A stretch of 64,000 nucleotides of DNA from Schmidtea nova (taxonomy: Eukaryota), in contig CM097882.1 in assembly GCA_044892505.1 (NCBI GenBank), positions 527,000,001 to 527,064,000 of the forward strand, written 5' to 3'. The position numbers and the translations under genes are program-made. Every line of letters begins with the position of its first letter. Within the stretch, counting starts at the first letter, position 1. Below the pieces are notes generated by a model. The model was not told the DNA's origin and did not search any database. It saw nothing but the letters and a program-made list of their open reading frames with translations. Below are positions 21,338 to 30,110 of this stretch, piece after piece.

Positions 21338-21427
21338 TGAATAAGCGGAAAATTGTGTAAATACGTGTAAATAAAGAACCAGAAAAAATCAAAAATATGG
21401 GGAAATTGATGTAAATATTGTTGTAGA

Positions 21428-22840
21428 ATGAGAGCAGAAAGTGAAGCAGATTACCAAACGATCGAGATTCTAAGAAGAGAAAATCGACAATGGGGAGTAA
21501 ATGTGACGTGTGTAAAGTGTAAAAATCTACTGTTAAAACCGAGGCAAACGGAATGTGGATGCAGGATGTGCACCAAGTGTATATTGCAAATAATCAGTGA
21601 AAGTGAGACAAGAAAGTGTCCAGAGTGTGACGATAAACTACTAATCAACGAGACGAAACCAGACAAAGCAATCCAAAAGGAGATCTGGAAGATAAGAACA
21701 GAATGTATAAACCAACCTTGTGAATGGAAAGGACAAATAATCGAGCTAAGACAACATCTGGAAAAATGTGAAAACAAGAAAGCGATATGTGAAAAGTGTC
21801 AACAGACGATAACCATCAAGCAGTCGAAAAAGCACAAGGATGAGTGCAAAGCAGAGATAGTAGAGTGTCAATACTGCAAACAAAGAGAGACGAGAGAAGT
21901 AATCGAAACAGAACATCTCAACGTAGCAGAAGAGAAAGTGTGCAGAAAATTCAGAGGAATTTGTCCAAGTAATTGCGGAACCGGAGAAGAAGTGATGTTG
22001 AGAGAACATTGGGAACAGTGCGAATCCAGACCAAGAAAGTGCGTATGGAGTAAACAAGGATGTGCAGTACAGATAACGAGCAAAGAGATGAAAGAGCATT
22101 TGGAAACGGAAACGGTACAACACGCCGAGATGTTAACAGCAAATTTGAACGGAATGGAACAAACCATACAGAAACTGGGAAAAGAAATCGAATCTCAGAG
22201 GATAATGACGGAGTTATTACTAGAAACAAGAGAGCAATTCGAGCTCACCAGAGAGAAAATGATGGAGAAAATCAAAGTCATAGAGACGCTAGTAAAGGAA
22301 GTAAATGTACGACATCAAATGTGGATACGAGATACAGAGGATATCGAGAATTTACCTGTTGCACCATATATATGGAAAATCAAGAATTTCAACGAAAAGT
22401 TCGCAGCAGCAAGAGCAGGAAGCCAAGTGTCGGTAACAAGTCCACCATTTTATCTGTGGAAAAATGGATACAAAGTTCGAATGAGAATTTATCCAAATGG
22501 AGATGGATCAGGAAAGGAAACGCATGTGTCATTATTCTTTGCGTTGTGTAAAGGTGGTTACGACGACATATTAGAATGGCCACTAGAGACAAAGGCGATA
22601 ATGAGAGTGAGAAACTCGAAAGAAACAATAGCGAGAGTATTCAAAATTGATGGTAAGCACGAAGCTTACAAAAGACCGACCACAGAATGTTCATTAGCGA
22701 CTGGAGAACCAAAATTCATACCACACCAAACAATGTGGGAAATGTTGTATGACGACAACTTATATGTAGAGTTGGAGATCGAAAAGAAAGCAAGTACAAC
22801 AGTGACGAACACGAAGTCAACGAAAGGATGGTTGGAGTAG
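21428..22840 (+). CDS. Element cargo: full-length TRAF-family protein (RING, TRAF zinc fingers, coiled coil, MATH), intronless
   Basis: RING CVKC..PRQTECGCRMCTKC..CPEC; zinc fingers C.N..CEWKG..L.QHL..C; MATH YIWKIKNF..SPPFY..GYKVRMRIYPNGDGSGKETHVSLFF..DDILEWP. Confidence 0.95.
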   Translation: MRAESEADYQTIEILRRENRQWGVNVTCVKCKNLLLKPRQTECGCRMCTKCILQIISESETRKCPECDDKLLINETKPDKAIQKEIWKIRTECINQPCEWKGQIIELRQHLEKCENKKAICEKCQQTITIKQSKKHKDECKAEIVECQYCKQRETREVIETEHLNVAEEKVCRKFRGICPSNCGTGEEVMLREHWEQCESRPRKCVWSKQGCAVQITSKEMKEHLETETVQHAEMLTANLNGMEQTIQKLGKEIESQRIMTELLLETREQFELTREKMMEKIKVIETLVKEVNVRHQMWIRDTEDIENLPVAPYIWKIKNFNEKFAAARAGSQVSVTSPPFYLWKNGYKVRMRIYPNGDGSGKETHVSLFFALCKGGYDDILEWPLETKAIMRVRNSKETIARVFKIDGKHEAYKRPTTECSLATGEPKFIPHQTMWEMLYDDNLYVELEIEKKASTTVTNTKSTKGWLE

Positions 22841-22929
22841 TCAGAGTGAACGACCCTGTAAATAAAGTGTAAAAATCGACAACAACCATAAACGTATAGT
22901 ATAACCAGTGAAAATTTGTAAATTGCAGA

Positions 22930-24090
22930 ATGGAAAACGCAAATGAACACGTAATCGAAGATGAAACGAGAAACGAGATGTCGAACGAACGAGAAGAAAT
23001 AGAAAGGGAGATCGAAAGGAGATGTAAAGTGGAAGTGGAACAAAAAACCAGAGAACTGCGCGAAGTGATGACAAATAATTTCTACGAAAAACTGAAATGC
23101 GAGAGACGAATGGAGTTATATCAACTGGAACTCGAGGAAGTGAATAAAGAGATGATACAACTGACAACACAAATAGAGAAGCTAAAAGGAACGAATGTAC
23201 GAAGTCGACAGAAGATAGAAGAGGTATATCAGTTGATGAGGAAACAAGCAGAACATTATAAAAATATGATGAAAACGCGAAGGGAAGAGAGGGAGAAACA
23301 AGAGGAAAAGATGGAGGGAAAAATACTAGCAATCAAGGCTCAAGCGAGACATTGGAAAATGGAGTCGAAACGAGTGTATAAAGAAGCCAAAGAGATAATC
23401 AGAAAGACAGCATACAGCGAAGATTGGAAACTGTATCAAGAGATAGACGAATTAAAAGAGGAATTAGAACAGAGAAAGCGACAAGAACAGACCAACAAAG
23501 AATGGAGTCGAAAACGGCAACGATTTATTCGAGAGCAAGCAAAGGAACTAAAGAAAACGCAATGGCAAATACAGATGATAAATGGAGAAATGCGAGGTAT
23601 CAGACAGAAAGAGGAAGCGGAAAGACAAAAGTTGATCAGGGAAAAAGAAAGTCTGGAAAGAGATGTAAATGGTTATCAAGGGGTGGTGACCCAAAAGAAA
23701 ATGGAGTTGAAAGCAGTGAAAGAAAGACATGCGGAATCAAACCGAGCTTACGAGGAAAACATAACGAACTTGACGAAAGAAAATGAGGAGCTGAAACAAC
23801 AAATAATAACCCTGAAAGCAGAGAAAGAAACCATAGAAGTAGAAACCGAACCAACAGAAGTAGAAGCCCTGAAGAGAAAAGTGGAAGAGATGGAAAGACA
23901 AATGGAAACTCTGAGCGAACAATCAGACTATATGGAGTATCTGTTAGATGAAGAGATACAAATCTCTCGAACGTATCAAGATGAAATTGCAATGTGGCGA
24001 AGCAGAGTGGTGTGGTTACCGTTTATACCACCACCACCAATGGAGCTCCAAGATGAAGGGTTTCATGAACCAGAGGAGACGGATGTGTAA
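22930..24090 (+). CDS. Element cargo: 386-aa long coiled-coil protein ending ETDV
   Basis: Intact ORF, E/K/R/Q-rich heptads, PPPP near the C terminus. Confidence 0.8.
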   Translation: MENANEHVIEDETRNEMSNEREEIEREIERRCKVEVEQKTRELREVMTNNFYEKLKCERRMELYQLELEEVNKEMIQLTTQIEKLKGTNVRSRQKIEEVYQLMRKQAEHYKNMMKTRREEREKQEEKMEGKILAIKAQARHWKMESKRVYKEAKEIIRKTAYSEDWKLYQEIDELKEELEQRKRQEQTNKEWSRKRQRFIREQAKELKKTQWQIQMINGEMRGIRQKEEAERQKLIREKESLERDVNGYQGVVTQKKMELKAVKERHAESNRAYEENITNLTKENEELKQQIITLKAEKETIEVETEPTEVEALKRKVEEMERQMETLSEQSDYMEYLLDEEIQISRTYQDEIAMWRSRVVWLPFIPPPPMELQDEGFHEPEETDV

Positions 24091-24163
24091 AAAGAGGCGA
24101 AAAATCCGTGTGTAAAAATGTACAAATCGATGTAACAGGTATTAATCAGTAGAATAATCAGAA

Positions 24164-24688
24164 ATGAACTGGCTCAAAACCCTACCAATCCTAACGATTA
24201 TGTTAACTGCAACAATAATGAACTGTTCAACAACCGAAATACAAAGAACCCTGTCAAACGAGATATCCCAAGAGATCGAAAAACAACTAAACGAAGTCAG
24301 AGAAGACTTGAAACAATTAATCCGGCAAATGCGAATCAGTCATGATCATCGCAAACCCTTACAAACCCTATTCAATCAAATCGAGAAGATCCGAGAAATC
24401 CATAAAACCTTCCAAGATCACCTAAAGCCAATCAAAGGTCAAACCCAAATCGAATCCGAAATCCGAAACAGATGGATCATCGTTGGAATAGTCACAATGA
24501 CAATATTAACAATCATCTTGATCATCGTGATTACGTATACCCTATATCGAATCAGAAGCCTCAAACAACAACAAACGATAATGTGTAGATGCGCCAAAAG
24601 AGAAGCAAAAACCCAACAAAGAATGAGAAGCCATCTACGACAAATTCAAGCCCGATACGAAATGCAGTCAACAAGTGAAAGGACCTGA
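24164..24688 (+). CDS. Element cargo: 174-aa predicted type I membrane protein
   Basis: Signal peptide MNWLKTLPILTIMLTATIMNCS, short helical ectodomain, TM WIIVGIVTMTILTIILIIVITYTLY, basic tail. Confidence 0.78.
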   Translation: MNWLKTLPILTIMLTATIMNCSTTEIQRTLSNEISQEIEKQLNEVREDLKQLIRQMRISHDHRKPLQTLFNQIEKIREIHKTFQDHLKPIKGQTQIESEIRNRWIIVGIVTMTILTIILIIVITYTLYRIRSLKQQQTIMCRCAKREAKTQQRMRSHLRQIQARYEMQSTSERT

Positions 24689-24877
24689 AAATCAACCCCT
24701 ATGAGCCAGAAACATTGAACTGTGTATAAACAATAAAAACATGACAATGACAATGTGTGACTTTGTATAAAGGGGTATGAAAGCTACCACCTTATGTGGT
24801 TTTGCATGTAAGTTCTGTCACGAACTTTTTATGTATGTTGATGTAGGTATATGCATGTAATTGCGGGACGCAATTTT

Positions 24878-24891
24878 AAGGGGACCCCGAG
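24878..24891 (+). promoter_or_regulatory. Putative polypurine tract
   Basis: AAGGGGACCCCGAG immediately before the inferred 3' LTR start. Short and interrupted by CCCC. Confidence 0.5.
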
Positions 24892-26412
24892 TGATGTTGG
24901 GCCAGCCAAATCGAGCAGCATCTGAAAATAATATACAATCAACAAAATAAATTAAATACAGAATAACAACAAAATAAATTACCAACACCAAAGCGTAACA
25001 AAATAGGCGGCAACATCTAAAAGAAATAAAATATTAATCAAAACAACAAAAATCTTCAAAACTCACTCATGCGAAGCAGATAAAATTGGAATATGACAGC
25101 GCGTGGGCGGATGTCACCAAAGACCTAAAACAAAAATAAAATAAAATAAATTGATGACTAAGAAAAACTTACCGCATGATTAACCAAACAAATCGGCAAG
25201 TTAAGTTAGGCAGCAAAAAGCCGACAACATGAAAAAATGAAGCAAACATACACACATACTCGATGCTGATTGGGTAACCAACAACACCGGTTCAGTATAA
25301 ATACTGAAGTCAAATCAGTATTTGACAATGTCATTTTTTCCGAGTGCAAGTTGTAACTGATAACTTGTAATAACCTTGTATCGGAAACCAGTTGGAAATA
25401 AAAGGTATGTTGGAGTTATGTTTTGTATCATTCATATAAACCCTCATAATTATAATTGTTAATCGTATTAAAATCCATAAGGTTTTCCGGAGGCCTAACA
25501 GCCTGACGGATTCTTGGGGCCTCTCAGCGCAACACAATCTTTCGGTTGTGAGGTGCTGATGCGGCGGGACCATAGGTGTTCTAAATATTTAACAAGCGGA
25601 AGGGGGAAGTGCACATAGGATATCTCATGCCATCGTAACATCAGTATGGGTAGAAACAATTGATGGGCGTATCATCTGTCACGACAACATCGAGTACATG
25701 GGTATACATAAAAGACGTGTTGATAGACAAAAAGTGTCCAGCGTTCGTGAAGTCAAGTAGAGTAACGACAGCTTTGTGCAGAGGGTAAGTATCATGATAA
25801 ATTGAGCACTGACGATGATAGAGATATATAACGCATGAGTCATGTGAGTCAGAGGCCGACAGTGCTAGCATCAGAGGTAAACCATGAATCCACAGGATAT
25901 CCCAACATATATATACGCCTCTCGAAGGGTACGAAGGATAGACCCACGAAATGTAATGCAAGTACAATCTGTACCCAATTAATCTGAGTAAGGGGTCGAT
26001 CATGTTCCCCGGATGATGTGACCCTTGATAGTTGAAAATGAGGTATGGAGATAACACCTGAGGAGTGATTGAGTATGATTGCTGTAGATACAAACCAAAA
26101 TGGTCTCTGAAATGATGATATTCAAACATAATAAATGGTCAAGTGATCATCGTAGATGAAAACGGATTGTCATAAGCGGCACTGAATTTTTGCGTGGCCA
26201 AATCATATAAGCAACTTGATATAGTGAATACACTCACCCGCAGGACAATAGCATACAACCTACATAATATCTTAAACATCGGACCGGTTCAACACTGAAC
26301 CACCAACTGCAACCTACAGAGTTTCACCCTTGAGTCGAGTAGGTCGACGGTTATAAATAATTGCGCGCACCTGACAAATTCACCACAATAACATATTCTT
26401 GTCTTCAGCAAT

Positions 26413-27048
26413 ATGATAAAGACCGAAGAATACCAAAGAAGTCTGAGCACCTCTCGACAGATGAAAGTGGAAGATTATGTCATCCGGAAACCACGACGCA
26501 TCCGTTCCGTCGTCCGGCCAAGGAGGATCCCTACCATCGATGGAGAAATGGAAGCCCCACGCAGAATTAGCGAAACTGCGCGTCGACATCTACGTCGGTG
26601 GACAAGACACCATATGAGTGCAGCCGCAGGTATTCCGGCTTGCGCCTTCACGATACAATTACGATGGGAAGGAGACCCCGATTGGATGTCCACTATGGAC
26701 CCTGCCGAACCAAGGACCGATAGGTGGTTCTTTCAATTCCTCGACGGACAGAGACGACCCCGCTGGGTGTTGAGCAATGAAATGATGACGGGAAGGGCTC
26801 TATATCAATTAGGGTACATGCTGCTAGACAGGCCTCGGTGTCGCTACACTGAGGAAGTCTTCGCTTATTCCAACGCGCCAGGAAGTGTTTCCGTGGAACA
26901 ACACCCCGAGCCCAAGGAGCTTCGCCTCTGGGAGGTGTTTATCTACAAAGATAAGCTGAGTTGGGACCCAGCCCCAGAAATGTATTTGGAGAATGGAATT
27001 CGTCGCGACGAGCATCCTGCCGATCAGGAATTGAGGACATTCAGTTGA
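26413..27048 (+). CDS. ORF-A copy in the 3' LTR
   Basis: Identical to 185-820 except W->L. Confidence 0.75.
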   Translation: MIKTEEYQRSLSTSRQMKVEDYVIRKPRRIRSVVRPRRIPTIDGEMEAPRRISETARRHLRRWTRHHMSAAAGIPACAFTIQLRWEGDPDWMSTMDPAEPRTDRWFFQFLDGQRRPRWVLSNEMMTGRALYQLGYMLLDRPRCRYTEEVFAYSNAPGSVSVEQHPEPKELRLWEVFIYKDKLSWDPAPEMYLENGIRRDEHPADQELRTFS

Positions 27049-27198
27049 TTGATGCAGCCGAGAAAGAATGATTGTCGTAGATATAAAAATATATGTATTT
27101 GTGTGAGAACGGTCTGGTTTTGTTTTGAGTGCATGAGAACAACCTAAGGATAAGGTAGAGTTGTTTAATGACGATAGGATGACCGAAAGATCAGACAC

Positions 27199-27798
27199 AT
27201 GACAGATACTACCATTAATGATATATTTACAGACATGACGGAAACCAAGGGCAGAGATTTCAAGTCAGAGGCGCGAGAACATAAGGCGCGCTCGCGAGTT
27301 CTGGAGAATCGGTTAAGGCAGCTGAATGAGGAGCATCAGCGGATTAAAACGACCTGGTTTAACCCAGAGCGGGTTAAGTCCATCCTGCAGGCTAGGTACA
27401 GGGCAGAACGAGTAGCTGAGGAACATGCCAGAGAGATTGCAGCCCTGAAGTTGGAGTTGGCGAATTATTTGAAGGTGTCGACCCGAGACTTCATCACCGA
27501 ACAATTGCGCCCCGTGATCAGAGCGAGCACCTTTAATCGATGGATAGACACGATAGCGGTGACTACGAGCACCCAAACAGAGAATGCATCGACCGTAGCC
27601 ACGGCTACTACCGTGACGAATACAATTCCCGCAGGCACACAACGCACAAAGAGAAGGAATCGCCTCGGCGCGAAGAAGCGGAGGGAAAGACGCGCGTATG
27701 CAGATCGTCTCGGAATAGAAGTAGACTTGCTCAGCGGTCTATCTGAACAAGAACTTCTGAATGTTATCAGACCCTCTGTATTATTAAATCATAAATAA
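27199..27798 (+). CDS. ORF-B copy in the 3' LTR
   Basis: Translation identical to 971-1570. Confidence 0.78.
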   Translation: MTDTTINDIFTDMTETKGRDFKSEAREHKARSRVLENRLRQLNEEHQRIKTTWFNPERVKSILQARYRAERVAEEHAREIAALKLELANYLKVSTRDFITEQLRPVIRASTFNRWIDTIAVTTSTQTENASTVATATTVTNTIPAGTQRTKRRNRLGAKKRRERRAYADRLGIEVDLLSGLSEQELLNVIRPSVLLNHK

Positions 27799-28192
27799 AT
27801 GTATAAAACGAATGACTTGACTTGTTTTGTTTGATTGTGGAATGTTTGAGAATCGAATGTAACAAAAACCCGGGTTCATTTAAAGATGCAGATATCTAAA
27901 GAGTAAATTACCCTAGAACAAAGGAAAGAGCGCATTAGAAGTGGGACCGAAAGAAAGCCACAGACACCTTCTAACGGTAGTGGTGGACCCGTGAATAAAC
28001 AAGGGAATAGTAGCCGAAAGGTTGCTCACCTGCCTTGTCATTTCACAACGTTGACACAGTACCAACATGATGAGTAGTTAGGGATACATCATGGGTGTCA
28101 GCGGGGGAATGTTTTTATGTTGGCGAGATTCACCCTAACGTATAAAATCATAAGGATCTCAGTTGTCACTCCAACCAACACACCAGCATAAG

Positions 28193-28374
28193 TGTTATAA
28201 TAAGCACTGTATAATTGTTTCATATTATTGATTGATTGTACCAGTGTAAATGTGAAACCAATTGTGATATCAATAAAGACTCCTGTTGTAATTGTTATTC
28301 TATTGATTAATAAAGCACGCATTTGGAGTCAGATGTTTAATAGGTAACTTTTAAATTTCACCAACAACCCAACA
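28193..28374 (+). repeat. Short (~182 bp) TG..CA LTR-like dispersed repeat
   Basis: TGTTATAATAAGC...AATAAAGCACGCATTTGGAGTCAGA...CCCAACA. Related copies at 60339-60536 (-) and 61330-61510 (+). Confidence 0.7.
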
Positions 28375-28546
28375 AAATTGTATAATCTTTATTAATAATT
28401 TTTGTTGTTTGATATAAATTTTAAACAGAAAAACTGCATGTTGAGAATCTCAAAAAAAAATATATATATATATATATACCTCAACACATGAAAAACATAT
28501 TTGATATAGATAAGTAAGAATTTACAAAAAGAAATCTAAAATTTTA

Positions 28547-28613
28547 TTATAAAATAAATGGAACAACGGCCTTCCTATTTCTTGGATAATTCTCAAATTT
28601 TCCCAAGTACCAC
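28547..28613 (-). CDS. SRD5A1: Steroid 5-alpha-reductase family gene (SRD5A1/2-like), exon 4 (last)
   Basis: TTGTAG acceptor; (R)WYLGKFENYPRNRKAVVPFIL-stop; 48-nt intron 3. Confidence 0.9.
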
Positions 28614-28661
28614 CTACAATTGATAATTAGAAATAAAATCAAGAATGACAATCCTTATTAC

Positions 28662-28920
28662 CTATGATGACTAAGAGCTCTAGGAAGCAAATTAAAAACC
28701 GTGAACATAGCAAAAGCTATTGAAGCTAAAGATTGCATGGCTAGTGCATAACTGAACCACTCAACAATTTCACCGAAATAATTGGCACAAGATACATATT
28801 CGAAAAAAAATCCCTTTGGAATTTTATATTGTCGTGAATCTGCGCTAAATTCCCTGAGGTTTCTTAATTGCCAATCTGATACAATATTGATAAACATTCC
28901 AATGACGAATCCGAGAATTC
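28662..28920 (-). CDS. SRD5A1: SRD5A1/2-like, exon 3
   Basis: TTTCAAG acceptor; GILGFVIGMFINIVSDWQLRNLR..YKIPKGFFFEYVSCANYFGEIVEW..RALSHH; GT donor. Confidence 0.93.
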
Positions 28921-29465
28921 CTTGAAATAACCAAGTTTTAATTAACTAAAAAAACTTCACATTTGCTTAATTTTTTTAAATTAAAAATTAATGAGAACCA
29001 AAAGTACATTTTAATAAATTATTCCGAAACAAGCTAAATTACGTAATTAAATAATTTAAATTTACTCTGAGAAAATCAAGCTTATAGTAAATTGGCAACA
29101 ATTAATCACTTAAAGGGTAAAAGATTAATGACAGTTGGATTACGTAAAATGAAGGCTTTTATCTAGAAATATTATTACGACCTGTTATACTTCTTAATAA
29201 AATTAAAAAGACAGCAACCAGCTAAATATCAATGAAAACTTCTATTTAGAAAGAAGACAGTGTGTAATGTAGGAAATCAAAATAAAACTTATTTTTAGCA
29301 ACAACTACCAATGACAAAGACAATTTTTTCTCAAGTGACATCACTCAAACTCCTACAAATGTCAAGTTCGACAAATTGATAGTTGGAATCTGTTTTACAG
29401 ATAAAGAAATGTCTACGCTTTTATTTAGACATAACCAAAAAACAAGAAATAAGATGATTGTCAAC

Positions 29466-30110
29466 ACAGGGTTTCCCGGGCTCCTTTGACATCGTTTCAT
29501 GCTCGTTTGTAATCGTACAAGTTAACTTTGACAAATAAAAAATGATATAAATAACATGAAAATTTCCTATGTTATGATGACATGCGAGGTGGCTACGCTT
29601 AATACTATCATAAAAATTTTATTTTAGACCAGCAAACTAAAACAAAAATTTTACTTTAAATACAATGGAATATTCATTTTCATGAAGCACTTCGGCTTAG
29701 TCAACAAATATATAATACAGACAAACCAATATGTGTCACAACAGTATTTATCCTGTATAAAAACTAAAATATGGATTATAACAAAACATGTTTTACTAAA
29801 TTAAAAAACAATGACGATTAAAACGTTTAAACTGATTAAACAATGGTAATTTATATATATTTAAGATTTAAATTTTATAATAAACACTGATAAAAACATT
29901 ATAAAAATAAAAGTCGCATATTCAAGTATATTATAATTTAAGTACACTAAAATAAGATTAAAATGTTAAGATAAAACGATGTCAAACGAGCATAAAACAA
30001 TTACAAACGAGCGTTAAACGAATACAAACGAGCATAAAACAATTACAAACGAGCGTTAAACGAATACAAACGAGCATGAGACGATGTCAAACGAGCTCGG
30101 GAAACCCTGT
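29466..30110. mobile_element. Non-autonomous TIR element (MITE, hAT-like termini)
   Basis: ~45-bp imperfect TIRs ACAGGGTTTCCC.../...GGGAAACCCTGT and AAACGAGC subterminal repeats. No TSD found. Confidence 0.75.

Larger units (their letters stand above)
1..28191 (+). mobile_element. Giant Ty3/Gypsy LTR retrotransposon (Burro-like), env-bearing; 5' end outside the window, inferred full length ~29.5 kb
   Basis: Direct repeat 1-1963 = 26229-28191 (offset 26228). PBS follows the 5' LTR. Pol order is PR-RT-RH-IN with Gypsy motifs (DTG, FCIDYRRLN, YIDD, ATDAS, HHCC, DQG..F). The 4965-aa ORF is uninterrupted. Confidence 0.97.
24892..28191 (+). repeat. 3' LTR, ~3300 bp, TGATGTTGG...CCAGCATAA
   Basis: 3' end fixed by divergence from the 5' copy. 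5' end inferred from the purine tract at 24878-24891 and an imperfect 9-bp terminal inverted repeat (7/9). Confidence 0.85.

Noticed and set aside
5763-24000. Numerous minus-strand ORFs of 60-265 aa rich in F/L/S/I opposite the element genes
   Set aside because: Antisense shadows produced by the A-rich, T-poor sense strand; no motifs.
25481-25580. GC-rich structured island in the LTR (GAGGCC/GGCCTC, TCAGCGC/GTGCTGA, CACAATC-TTTC-GGTTGTG), considered as an HDV-like or hammerhead ribozyme
   Set aside because: Stems are present, but I could not build the HDV P2/P3/P1.1 pseudoknot or find a CUGANGA..GAAA core on either strand.
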